Shown piece by piece: positions 7,505-16,569 of a stretch of 32,000 bases of DNA (its first letter is position 1; each line of letters starts with the position of its first letter). The DNA is from Methanocaldococcus jannaschii DSM 2661. Its GTDB lineage: Archaea; AGJL01; Methanococci; Methanococcales; Methanocaldococcaceae. Where the stretch lies: the NCBI RefSeq assembly GCF_000091665.1, contig NC_000909.1, positions 30,001 through 62,000 on the forward strand. Reading direction: 5' to 3'. Position numbers and translations under genes: made by a program. The notes below the pieces were generated by a model. That model was not told where the DNA came from, made no database searches, and saw nothing but the letters and a program-made list of their open reading frames with translations.

Positions 7505-7550
7505 AAAAACATGCCAGGTCTCTTTGGACTGGCGACCATCGGGTGATAGA

Positions 7551-8012
7551 ATGGCAAGAATGCACGCAAGAAAAAGAGGTCGCTCCGGTTCAAAGAGACC
7601 CGTCAGGAAGGAAGTTCCTGAATGGGTCCAATACACACCGGAGCAAGTAGAGCAGTTAGTAGTAGAGTTAGCTAAGAAAGGTTACCAGTCAGCACAGATT
7701 GGTTTGATATTGAGAGATACCTACGGAATTCCAGATGTTAAGTTAATTACTGGTAAAAAAATCAGTAAGATTATGAAAGAACACGGCTTATATCCAAAAG
7801 TTCCAGAGGATTTATTGAACTTAATGAGAAGAGCTGTCAATTTAAGAAAACACTTAGAACAGCACCCAAAAGACTTGCACTCAAAGAGAGGTTTGCAGTT
7901 AATTGAATCAAAGATTAGAAGATTAGTCAAATACTACAAGTCAAAAGGTGTGTTACCAGCAGATTGGAGATACACACCAGAAACAGCAAGATTGTTGGTC
8001 GAACAAGCATAA
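7551..8012 (+). CDS. rps15: 30S ribosomal protein S15 (uS15, S15P/S13e)
   Basis: [17 protein letters not shown] is the conserved archaeal N-terminus. The ATG at 7551 lies behind GGTGAT. The track start at 7524 falls in the repeat element. Confidence 0.95.
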
Positions 8013-8015
8013 AGC

Positions 8016-8042
8016 TTTCTTCTATTTTTCTCTTTTATTTTT
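8016..8042 (+). terminator. Oligo-T runs downstream of rps15 (archaeal intrinsic termination signal candidate)
   Basis: ttcttctatttttctcttttattttt begins directly after the TAA at 8010-8012. Confidence 0.4.
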
Positions 8043-8072
8043 AAGTTTATAAAACCTCAATTAAGTGATTTT

Positions 8073-8789
8073 ATGGAGGAGAGACTTAAAATTAAAGATT
8101 TTTATATAACGGTTGATAGATGTTTAGTTTATAAGGATTATGCAATAATAGCTGACACACATATAGGATTTGATGTCTTTTTTGGTGAAGGGGGAGCTAA
8201 CTTCCCATTATTGCAGAAAGATGAGGTTATAAAGAGGACTTTGAATATAATCGATAAATATAAAATTAACAATTTAATAATCAATGGGGATATAAAGCAC
8301 AACTTTAAGCCATATCCCAAGGAGATTAAGTTTTTAAAAGAGTTTATTGAGTTTTTGAGAGAATATATTAATGTTATTTTAATTAAAGGAAATCATGATA
8401 CTTTTATATCATCTGCTGGCTACGAAATCTTTGATTATTTTGAACTTGGTAATTATTTAATCTTTCATGGGGATAAAGAGATAAAAATAGATAGAGATTT
8501 ATTAAAAGAGAAGTTTTGGATTTTAGGGCATGAACATCCTTCAATAAAACTTAGAGATGATGTTGGTGCTATTCTAAAATTTCCTACCTATTTATTAAAC
8601 AAGAACTATATTGTTTTACCCGCTTTTAACCCTTTATCTCCTGGGAATGATTTAATCAATAACTCTGCATCATCCAAAATTATAAAGAAGAGTTACTTAG
8701 AGGCAGAGGTTATAGCAATAACTGATATTGGTCTGCTAAATTTTGGGACTCTTAGAGATTTGAGAGAGTTTGCTAAAACACATTTATGA
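8073..8789 (+). CDS. Calcineurin-like metallophosphoesterase (SbcD/Mre11-related archaeal family)
   Basis: Ordered phosphoesterase motifs ADTHIG, GDIKHN, GNHD and GHEHP. Confidence 0.75.
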
Positions 8790-9443
8790 CTATTCTTTTA
8801 GATAGAATGTCATATTATCCTCATTCAATATTATTCCTTTCTTCCATTTTACAAATAAGTAGTATTTATCTTTTTTGTCATCTGAAAGCTCTTTTTCAAT
8901 TCTTTTAGCTATAATTCTCACAGGATTTTTCCCAATTCTCTCTTCAAAGTCCTTAAAACTTTCAAATTTTTTTGCTTCTCTCTCTTCAATAATTTTCCAC
9001 ATATATTTCTTTTTAATTTCTGGAAGTAATTCTAAGGTATGTAATCTTGTGGTTATTGGTGGGCATTCATTAAAGAATCTCACAAACCTATCCTCCTGTA
9101 TTTTAACGGCTTCCATTACTACATATAAAAGTTCTGATTTAGCTGTTGGAGTTAGTTGTTCATATTTAATCATTCTTCTAACGTGGTCTATTTTATCTCT
9201 CTTACCTTTTCCAATATAGACTCTTTCACCTAATTCAATATCTACATTTGGTTTTGGAATCATCTCCATTAATAAAAACTGATATTCTCCAAGCCCTTGA
9301 ACTATAGGTTCATCAGGTTTGTCGGGATAACCGTAAGGTAAATAATCCAAAACCCATGCGTAGTTTTCAAATTTTTGTGGCTTATTTTTTTTAGGAAATC
9401 TCATTCTTTCATCGTTTCCTTTTTTATATTGCCCTCTAACCAT
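8790..9443 (-). CDS. Conserved archaeal putative nucleic-acid-binding protein (DUF655/COG1491-like)
   Basis: SD GGGTGA precedes the ATG. I recall this family as the usual neighbour of rpoF and rpl21e in archaea. The assignment is by sequence recall only. Confidence 0.55.
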   Translation of the reverse strand: MVRGQYKKGNDERMRFPKKNKPQKFENYAWVLDYLPYGYPDKPDEPIVQGLGEYQFLLMEMIPKPNVDIELGERVYIGKGKRDKIDHVRRMIKYEQLTPTAKSELLYVVMEAVKIQEDRFVRFFNECPPITTRLHTLELLPEIKKKYMWKIIEEREAKKFESFKDFEERIGKNPVRIIAKRIEKELSDDKKDKYYLFVKWKKGIILNEDNMTFYLKE

Positions 9444-9476
9444 AAAATTTCACCCTTCATTTAAATCTACGAATAT

Positions 9477-9611
9477 ATCGGAGCAATAAACACCCTGGAC
9501 TTAATTTACACCTCCGAGCGTAGCGAGGAGGTGTTAGGTTTTGATGAAACCGAAGCATTAGCTTCGGGCTATGAAAACTCGGAGAGTTTTCATTTAACTT
9601 TTTCTAAAAGT
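9477..9611 (+). repeat. Composite GC-rich hairpin insert (module A, two extra perfect hairpins, degenerate module B), flanked by 21-nt direct repeats
   Basis: Hairpin A spans 9508-9534 (acacctcc-gagcgtagcga-ggaggtgt). Further hairpins are ccgaagc-atta-gcttcgg (9550-9567), atgaaaactc-gga-gagttttcat (9571-9593) and aactttt-tct-aaaagtt (9596-9612). Direct repeats at 9456-9476 and 9612-9632 are 18/21 identical. Confidence 0.7.
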
Positions 9612-9650
9612 TTCATTTAAATTTACAAATTTAAAGGAGTAATAAAAAAA

Positions 9651-9974
9651 TTAAATATATTTCCTAACGATTTCTAAGATTTCCTCAGCATTTTCTGGCA
9701 ATTCTCTTTTGTAATATATTGCTCTCAAATCATCTAAATCTTCAGGTAATATATCAGCTATTTTAACTGCTGTTTTTTCATCTATTCCTAAAGATATTAA
9801 CTCTTCAACCAATTTTTTTGCCTCTTCTTTATCTAATTTGGCAAACTTTTGTAAATAATCTAAAGCACATCCCTGTTCGTAAGATAACTCTCCAATTTGG
9901 GCTCTATTATACATAATTTCAGCAGCCTCTGATACTGTTACATACCTCTCTCCAAGGATTTTTTTGCCTATCAT
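9651..9974 (-). CDS. rpoF: DNA-directed RNA polymerase subunit Rpo4 (RpoF, Rpb4 family)
   Basis: Rpb4/RpoF-like sequence (VTVSEAAEIM...LSYEQGCALDYLQKFAKL...AVKIADILPED). The ATG at 9974 (MIGKK) lies behind AGGGAGAG. The track start at 9998 is a TTG. Confidence 0.8.
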   Translation of the reverse strand: MIGKKILGERYVTVSEAAEIMYNRAQIGELSYEQGCALDYLQKFAKLDKEEAKKLVEELISLGIDEKTAVKIADILPEDLDDLRAIYYKRELPENAEEILEIVRKYI

Positions 9975-10097
9975 TCTCTCCCTCTTAGCTTGATACAATA
10001 AAAATATAATTTAATAATTTATTTCTGGAGTTGTATTTAAATCAAGGAAAAATAATTAAAGTGTTTAATTAATAGAGATTTTTATGAAATTAAATAT

Positions 10098-10394
10098 TTA
10101 TGCAGTAGCAGGTCTTAAATGCTGTGGGTAAGCAATGATTTGTTTGTATTTTCCTCCATCTCTTACTTTAACAATAAATGCTCTTCCCTGCTTACCAACA
10201 ACAATCCCTGTTCTTCCATGAAATCTTGGGTGTGGCATTCCCTTATGGACTGATGGATCTATAACTATATGGACATACTCTCCTTCTTTAAACTCTCTCA
10301 AAGCTCTTGTTATTGGATAGAGACCTCTTTCTCTTGGGTGTTTTGATAACTTCTTTCTTGTTTTTCTTCTAAATCCTTCACTCATTTGAACCAT
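10098..10394 (-). CDS. rpl21e: 50S ribosomal protein L21e
   Basis: [24 protein letters not shown]...[13 protein letters not shown] is typical of L21e. The ATG at 10394 lies 5 nt behind GGTGA. The track start at 10454 is upstream, in intergenic repeat sequence. Confidence 0.9.
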   Translation of the reverse strand: MVQMSEGFRRKTRKKLSKHPRERGLYPITRALREFKEGEYVHIVIDPSVHKGMPHPRFHGRTGIVVGKQGRAFIVKVRDGGKYKQIIAYPQHLRPATA

Positions 10395-10437
10395 AATTCT
10401 CACCTTTTTGAATAGGTTTTTAAATGAGGCATTAATT

Positions 10438-10495
10438 GCCTCTGAAAGAGGCAACTTAATGCATCTGTTTTGATCAACCTTTTTCTAAAAGGTTG
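10438..10495 (+). repeat. Hairpin insert: short GC hairpin plus module B, overlapping the pus10 stop
   Basis: gcctc-tgaaa-gaggc spans 10438-10452. gcatctgttttgatcaacctttttctaaaaggttg (10461-10495) closely matches gcatccgttttgatgaaccttttactaaaaggttca at 3402-3438. Confidence 0.7.
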
Positions 10496-11790
10496 TTATC
10501 GTGTATTTTCAAAACATCTAATTCCTTACAGATACAGTTTTTATTTAATATAGATGAGACTGATGGGTTTGTTCTCCCATCATCTCCACTGATTAGCTCT
10601 TTTATATATAATCCACCATCACAATATATAATCATCTCAAAATGATTGTCATCTACTTTACTGGTTTTAACTTTATATACCTTACGGATTCTCTCTAAAT
10701 CAGCTCTTCTATGTAAAACCCTTTTTGGTGTTTTTTGATAGATAGTTCTATTTTCAAGTTCTTTTTCAAGGAGTTTTAGTTCTTCATCAGTAATTTTATC
10801 AGAGCATTCAACTAAAGCCCTATATGTTTTTCTATGTGGAGTGTTTTTAAATATAACTTTATCCTTCCTAACACCAAACTCTAAGTTTAAAACCTCTACT
10901 CTACCATCCTTATTAATTTCCTCAGCAATTTTATTTAAATCAATTTTTCTTATCTTTGGCTCTTTAATCTCTAAAACAAATGGTCTTCCATCTCCAAGCA
11001 TTCTTACATCAATATCTTCTCTCCCAGCTCCATGGAATTTTGCATCTACTCCTTTTGTTGCCTCTAAGAATGGTTTGGCAATAATTTCTTCAACTGATAT
11101 TGGATATTTTTTACCTGTGTAGTTGCAGAGCTCACAACCTTTTCCTCTACACTTTCTGCAAGGCCATCTTGTTTGTGGAATCCCCCTAACTAATTTTCTA
11201 TATCTTCCTTTAATAAATAAAGGATTTATTTGTAGATAGATTTCTTCAGTGTATGGATTTATATGCACAACAATATCTGGATATTCTTTATCTGGGGCTT
11301 TATCTAACCTAACTGCCAACATCTTCCCAAATTCTCTACCAAATTCCTGCTTTATACTCTCCATAAATTCTGTTTCAATCTCTTTCTCAAGGTCTTTAAT
11401 CTCTTCTGGTATGTGAGTTCCAATTAAAAATGTATCAAAATCATATTCTTTTAAAAGTTCAATGGCTTTATTTAACAACTTTTCCATTTTTTGTTTGTTA
11501 AAAATGCCTCTACACCATGGGCAGTTCTCTTTCTCTATCTCTATATCTTCCAATCTTATTTCATCAACTCCACTTTTTGCCAAAGCTTTTAATAACTCTA
11601 ATTCTTCTTCATAATTTATTCCTTTTTCCTTAGCTTTTTTTATCTTTGCCTCAAGTTCCAAAGCTTTATATAGCTTTAACGCCCTACCTCTTTCAGTGTT
11701 TGTTGTATGTAATAACTTAGCATACAACCTTCCAAAGCATCTATCACAGAGAGGATATTTTTTTAATATTTCATAATTTATAATCTCCAT
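10474..11790 (-). CDS. pus10: tRNA pseudouridine synthase Pus10
   Basis: N-terminal zinc ligands CDRCFGR, CPWCRG and [12 protein letters not shown]. The catalytic region is [14 protein letters not shown]. The ATG at 11790 (MEIINYE) lies behind GGGGAG. Confidence 0.85.
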   Translation of the reverse strand: MEIINYEILKKYPLCDRCFGRLYAKLLHTTNTERGRALKLYKALELEAKIKKAKEKGINYEEELELLKALAKSGVDEIRLEDIEIEKENCPWCRGIFNKQKMEKLLNKAIELLKEYDFDTFLIGTHIPEEIKDLEKEIETEFMESIKQEFGREFGKMLAVRLDKAPDKEYPDIVVHINPYTEEIYLQINPLFIKGRYRKLVRGIPQTRWPCRKCRGKGCELCNYTGKKYPISVEEIIAKPFLEATKGVDAKFHGAGREDIDVRMLGDGRPFVLEIKEPKIRKIDLNKIAEEINKDGRVEVLNLEFGVRKDKVIFKNTPHRKTYRALVECSDKITDEELKLLEKELENRTIYQKTPKRVLHRRADLERIRKVYKVKTSKVDDNHFEMIIYCDGGLYIKELISGDDGRTNPSVSSILNKNCICKELDVLKIHDNNLLEKG

Positions 11791-11879
11791 GTTTCTCCCC
11801 GTTGGACTTATTATTTGCTTATTTATTATACTAGCCATGATAGTTCATAATATAGTTAATATTAAAAATTAAGTAAGTT

Positions 11880-12527
11880 TTAAATCATTGTTGGCTCCCA
11901 AAATGCAATCCAACACTTTATAAGCTTTTCAATTAACTCCGGTCTTTGTGATAATGGTGGATTTTCTGAATATTTCTCTCCTAAGTATAACCTTAGTCCT
12001 TCATCTCCCTCTTTAAGCTCAAATCCTAATTTTTCTGCTATCTCTTCCATTCTTTCTTTTGGTAGCTTTATTTTACTTTTATTAACTCCCTCAATAATAC
12101 CAAATTTTTGCTTTACGTATATATCGTTATCTTCATCAACTTGGAAATTTTTAGTTTTGACACTACCACAATAGTGAGATACGGATTTAACTACATATAC
12201 CATTCCTCTATATTCTGGTTTTTTAGCAATTTGCCATATTCTGAATTCATATATTTCTCCATTTATGTTTGCTTTTACTCTAAGGGCTTTTAATACATCC
12301 TCAGATTTTGTATCTTTATATGGTGAAGTTTTCTTTGTTTCCTCTATTTCAAGTATTTTTACATCTAAAAAATCTTTATCTCTTTTATTTTTCATTTTCT
12401 CACCCATAGGTTTTACTACGTATATTGAAGTCCCACATTTAGGGCATTTTACTTCCATAGCGTCTCCCCCACTATCTTCTTCAACAACATATATCCATGC
12501 CCCACATTCTGGACATTTCACATTCAT
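11880..12527 (-). CDS. Hypothetical protein with tandem N-terminal zinc ribbons
   Basis: An internal repeat is MNVKCPECGAWIYVV followed by MEVKCPKCGTSIYVV. SD AGGTGAT precedes the ATG. I recognise no family for the C-terminal 170 aa. Confidence 0.6.
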   Translation of the reverse strand: MNVKCPECGAWIYVVEEDSGGDAMEVKCPKCGTSIYVVKPMGEKMKNKRDKDFLDVKILEIEETKKTSPYKDTKSEDVLKALRVKANINGEIYEFRIWQIAKKPEYRGMVYVVKSVSHYCGSVKTKNFQVDEDNDIYVKQKFGIIEGVNKSKIKLPKERMEEIAEKLGFELKEGDEGLRLYLGEKYSENPPLSQRPELIEKLIKCWIAFWEPTMI

Positions 12528-12754
12528 AAGGTATCACCTAACTTTACCTTTTCATTACCTTTTCATTCTCAGATAATACCTTAGGTTATCTAATATATAA
12601 ACTTTTCGGTATCTTTTTTGTATCTTATTAAAATTAGGTATTACCTAACATGACATAATAATTTGTATATTTAAATAAATATACATTACTCTAAAAAACA
12701 AGTTTTAAAAGTAAGGAAAATTAAGCATTAAAAATTAACCATAATGGTGATACA

Positions 12755-15112
12755 ATGATAGCTAATGTTGATTTGCACATCCATTCAAGATTCTCTGGTG
12801 GAACATCAAAGGATATGAATGTAGAGAACATCCTAAAATATGGAAAACTAAAGGGATTAAACATTATTGGAACTGGCGACTGCACACATCCAGATTATTT
12901 AGAAGAGATAAAGCAATACAAAGATAGAGAGCTAATTTTAACTACTGAAATTGAAGATAAAAACAGAGTTCATCACCTTATCTTATTGCCTTCAATAAGC
13001 AAAGTAGAAGAGCTTAGAGAGATTTTAAAAAAATACTCTAAGGATATTGATAAAGAGGGAAGGCCAAGAGTATCTATTGGTGGAGCTGAGCTTTTAGAGA
13101 TTGTTAGAGACGTTGGTGGCTTAATAGGTCCTGCTCATTGCGTTCCTCCAGATACACTGCTGATATTAGAAAATGGCTTTAAAAGAATAGTCGATATAAA
13201 AGTAGGAGATAAGGTATTAACTCATGAAAATAGGTTTAAAAAAGTTGAAAAAGTTTATAAAAGAAGATATATTGGAGACATAATAAAGATTAAAGTTAGA
13301 TACTTCCCAGAGGAGATAATATTAACTCCTGAACATCCGGTTTATGCAATTAAAACAGAAAAGAGATGTGACGGCTCTCATGGAATTTGTAAATTCAACT
13401 GCTTAACTCAATATACAAATCCTTCATGTAAAAAGAGGTATAGAAAATATAAGAGAGAATGGATTATAGCTAAGGATTTAAAAGTGGGCGATGTGATTGT
13501 CTATCCAATACCGAATAGAGTGAGAGACATTAAATATCTGTCATTAGATAAGTATCTTAGCAATATTAAAAGAGAGTTCTGTAGAAGTAGAATCCCAGAA
13601 AAAATTGAAGTTTCTGAAGAGTTTTGTAGATTAGTTGGATATTTCTTATCTGAAGGTTATTGCTTTAGAGATGGGATAGGATTTGCATTAGGAGAAAATG
13701 AGAAAAAAATCATTGATGATATAGAATATTTGATGAAGAAAATATTCAACTTAAAACCGAAAATAAGAGATGATGGAAGAAGTGAAGGAATAGAATTAAA
13801 ATATTACTCAAGAGTTTTAAGAGATTTCTTTGGAGACATGTTTTATTGTGGAGACGAAAAAAGAGCTTGGAATAAAGCTTTACCTAATGAGTTTTTATAT
13901 CTTCCTAAGAATAAACAACTTCAAATATTTATTGGATGGTGGAGAGGAGATAAAGGTGTAACAACTTCAGAGATTTTAATGAATCAGTTAAGATTGATTT
14001 CTTTAAGATTAGGTTTTATAATAACATTTAGCAAACATGTTCCAAAAAATCCAAAAATTGGAGATAGAGAAGTTATTAAATACCATGCAAGATGGCAGGG
14101 GAGAGTATCAATATTGGATGAAAAAATTGTAGATGAGTTAAAAAACGAAGATATTAAGCTTCCAAAAAAAGATGTTAGATATGGATGGATTAAAGGAAAT
14201 TACCTATATGCTCCAATTATAAGAATAGGGAGGGAGTATTATGATGGATTTGTATATAACTTGGAGGTTGAAGATGATTCAAGCTATGTAACTGTTTCAG
14301 GAACTTTACATAACTGCTTTACTCCATGGACATCCCTCTATAAATCTTTTGATTCAATATATGACTGCTATAACAAAAAACCTGACTTTGTAGAGCTTGG
14401 TTTGTCAGCAGATACTGATATGGCAGACATGATTCCTGAGCTAAGAGATTTGCCATTTTTATCAAATTCAGATGCCCATTCATATCATCCTCATAGATTG
14501 GGAAGAGAATTTAATCAAATAGAGGTTGATTATATTGGCGGAATTGAAGATAACTTTGAACAAATAAAAAAGGCAATAAAACATAATAAAATTATAGCTA
14601 ACTATGGATTAGACCCAAAATTGGGGAAGTATCATTTAACTGCTTGCTCTAAATGCCACACAAGGTTTAAGTTAGAAGATGCTAAGAAATATAATTGGAA
14701 ATGCCCAAAGTGTGGAGGAAGTATAAAGAAAGGAGTTTTAAGTAGAGTTGAAGAGCTGAGTGATGGAAAGATAGAGCATCCAAAATTTAGACCTCCCTAT
14801 TATAAGCTAATTCCATTGGCTGAGATGATTAGCCTAACTATTGGTAAAGGGATATTTACAAAGGCTGTTCAAAGCTTATGGGAGGAGTTTATTAAAAAGT
14901 ATGGAAATGAGATTGAGGTTTTGATAAATGCTGATATTGATGAGCTTTCAAAAATACATCCAAAAGTAGCAGAGACAATTAATCTATTTAGGAAGGGAAA
15001 AATATACATCTATCCTGGTGGTGGAGGAGAATATGGAAAAATATCCTTTAAACCTCAAAAAGTAGAGTGGTATAGGGAGGAGGTAACATTAGATAGATGG
15101 TTAAAGCAATAA
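12755..15112 (+). CDS. EndoQ-like PHP-domain endonuclease (deaminated-base DNA repair family) interrupted by an intein
   Basis: Extein motifs are DLHIHSRFSGG, GTGDCTHP, HHLILLP, IGPAH|CFTPWTSLYK, LSADTDMA, SNSDAHS and LGREFN. The C-terminal zinc finger is CSKCH...CPKCGG. The exteins are 12755-13138 and 14315-15112. Confidence 0.85.
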   Translation: MIANVDLHIHSRFSGGTSKDMNVENILKYGKLKGLNIIGTGDCTHPDYLEEIKQYKDRELILTTEIEDKNRVHHLILLPSISKVEELREILKKYSKDIDKEGRPRVSIGGAELLEIVRDVGGLIGPAHCVPPDTLLILENGFKRIVDIKVGDKVLTHENRFKKVEKVYKRRYIGDIIKIKVRYFPEEIILTPEHPVYAIKTEKRCDGSHGICKFNCLTQYTNPSCKKRYRKYKREWIIAKDLKVGDVIVYPIPNRVRDIKYLSLDKYLSNIKREFCRSRIPEKIEVSEEFCRLVGYFLSEGYCFRDGIGFALGENEKKIIDDIEYLMKKIFNLKPKIRDDGRSEGIELKYYSRVLRDFFGDMFYCGDEKRAWNKALPNEFLYLPKNKQLQIFIGWWRGDKGVTTSEILMNQLRLISLRLGFIITFSKHVPKNPKIGDREVIKYHARWQGRVSILDEKIVDELKNEDIKLPKKDVRYGWIKGNYLYAPIIRIGREYYDGFVYNLEVEDDSSYVTVSGTLHNCFTPWTSLYKSFDSIYDCYNKKPDFVELGLSADTDMADMIPELRDLPFLSNSDAHSYHPHRLGREFNQIEVDYIGGIEDNFEQIKKAIKHNKIIANYGLDPKLGKYHLTACSKCHTRFKLEDAKKYNWKCPKCGGSIKKGVLSRVEELSDGKIEHPKFRPPYYKLIPLAEMISLTIGKGIFTKAVQSLWEEFIKKYGNEIEVLINADIDELSKIHPKVAETINLFRKGKIYIYPGGGGEYGKISFKPQKVEWYREEVTLDRWLKQ
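13139..14314 (+). mobile_element. Intein (392 aa) with a LAGLIDADG homing-endonuclease domain
   Basis: It starts at Cys (CVPPDTLLILENG, block A) and has a TxxH block B (LTPEHPV). LAGLIDADG-type blocks are LVGYFLSEGYC and IFIGWWRGDKG. It ends VSGTLHN, followed by the +1 Cys of CFTPW. Removing it restores the contiguous EndoQ motif GPAH-(C)FTPWTS. Confidence 0.85.
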
Positions 15113-15116
15113 AAAC

Positions 15117-15899
15117 TTATTCTGAAAAATCAATTTCTGTTCCTTCAACCTCCCCCAATAAAGCTTTGTATATATTATTAGCTTTATTTCCATTAAATAC
15201 AAAACCTCTACACTTATTTTTCCTAATCATGTCTATCTTATACTTCATTCCACCAGTAACATCTATACTATTAGAACCACTTAAATAATTCAAAATTTTA
15301 TAGATATTATTTTTATCAATCCTCTTTATTGGCTTATTATCTATTAAAACACCATCAACATCTGTAGCATAGAGAATTAAATCAGCTTTTAATTCATTTG
15401 CCAAATATGGAACTATGTCATCTCCAGAAATTATTCTATAGCCGTTTTTATCATCAATTACAATATCTCCATGAATAACTGGAACTAAATTCCTTTTAAG
15501 CATCTCTTTTATAGCAGAGGTATCAAAAATTAACTTATCCCCAAAAACGACAAACGAAGATGGTTGTATAGAAACAGCTGGGATGTCATAGCTCTGTAGA
15601 GTGTCTATAATGATGTTGTTAAATCTTCTCATTGCTCTTTGAATTTCCCAAAATCCTTTCTCCATGTTTATAAATATTTTTTTGCCATCTTCAATTTTTA
15701 AGTATTTTTTAGCTACTGGATGACCAAAAGCTCCTCCTCCATGGACGAGTATTAATTTTATCTCTTTATTTTGGTTTTTATAATAATCCAAGGCGTTTTT
15801 TATCTCCATTGCTATTCTCTCCAAGTTGTCCCATTTTATTGAGTATGGAACATTTTTATCTGATAAAATACTCCCTCCTAATTTTAATATGGTTAGCAT
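15117..15899 (-). CDS. ipk: Isopentenyl phosphate kinase (amino-acid kinase fold, alternative mevalonate pathway)
   Basis: Motifs LKLGGSILSDK and VHGGGAFGH. The length and sequence match my memory of the M. jannaschii enzyme. SD GGAGGT lies inside the end of the upstream gene. Confidence 0.9.
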   Translation of the reverse strand: MLTILKLGGSILSDKNVPYSIKWDNLERIAMEIKNALDYYKNQNKEIKLILVHGGGAFGHPVAKKYLKIEDGKKIFINMEKGFWEIQRAMRRFNNIIIDTLQSYDIPAVSIQPSSFVVFGDKLIFDTSAIKEMLKRNLVPVIHGDIVIDDKNGYRIISGDDIVPYLANELKADLILYATDVDGVLIDNKPIKRIDKNNIYKILNYLSGSNSIDVTGGMKYKIDMIRKNKCRGFVFNGNKANNIYKALLGEVEGTEIDFSE

Positions 15900-15903
15900 A
15901 ATA

Positions 15904-16569
15904 TTACCTCCTTATAATTAAGACTTTATTTCCTCCTTTCATAAATTCATAATCTGTCTTTTCAATCCTTGCTTTATATTCCTTTAAAATCTTGTCCAAA
16001 AATATTGATTTCTCCCCTCTTAAATTTAATATTGGGAATATTCTAATTTCTTCAGAAATCCTTAAAAGCTCATCAATTGTTTCTTTATGGAATTGATAGT
16101 TGAGGATATTATCATACAACAACAAAAAATGCCCTACAAGAGAAATAGCAAATTCATCATCTTTAAAATTCGTTTTTGGATAAGTTGTGTAGATATATCT
16201 TTTCCTATTTGTTTTATAATCCTCAATAAATGTTTTGTAAGTTCTTTCTCTTGTTTTCTTCCATTCATCAACTGTTTTAAATTCATTCCAGTTAAAGTTG
16301 TTTTTAAACATCCCTCTTAAATGTTTTTCCATAAAATCCAAGTCTTTTTTACATTTTTCTTCAATTTCCTCTGGTTTTAGATTATAAATTTTATCTGAAG
16401 ATGTAATGTTATAGCCTTTTTTATTCCCTTCTGCACAAAAAGAGCTAACTCCAGAGGCAACATCTAAGATTTTGTTGCTTAATAAATCTTCATTTAAATT
16501 AAACATCCTTACATATTCATTAAAATTCCTTCCAAGTAAGACAGTATCTTTTAAATTCAAATATCTCAC
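15904..16569 (-). CDS. Putative SAM-dependent methyltransferase-like protein
   Basis: Only a motif-I-like ILDVASGVSSF is visible. It overlaps the upstream gene by 4 nt. Confidence 0.45.
   Translation of the reverse strand: MRYLNLKDTVLLGRNFNEYVRMFNLNEDLLSNKILDVASGVSSFCAEGNKKGYNITSSDKIYNLKPEEIEEKCKKDLDFMEKHLRGMFKNNFNWNEFKTVDEWKKTRERTYKTFIEDYKTNRKRYIYTTYPKTNFKDDEFAISLVGHFLLLYDNILNYQFHKETIDELLRISEEIRIFPILNLRGEKSIFLDKILKEYKARIEKTDYEFMKGGNKVLIIRR

Noticed and set aside
7339-7636. Two minus-strand ORFs (84 and 60 aa) between sufC and rps15
   Set aside because: They run through the hairpin modules and the rps15 5' end. They have no SD, and their sequence is explained by the repeat element.
8787-8792. 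Zero-nt and 4-nt gaps between convergent gene pairs (8789/8790 and 15112/15117) as something unusual
   Set aside because: Tight convergent packing is common in compact archaeal genomes, and no extra signal is visible at these junctions.
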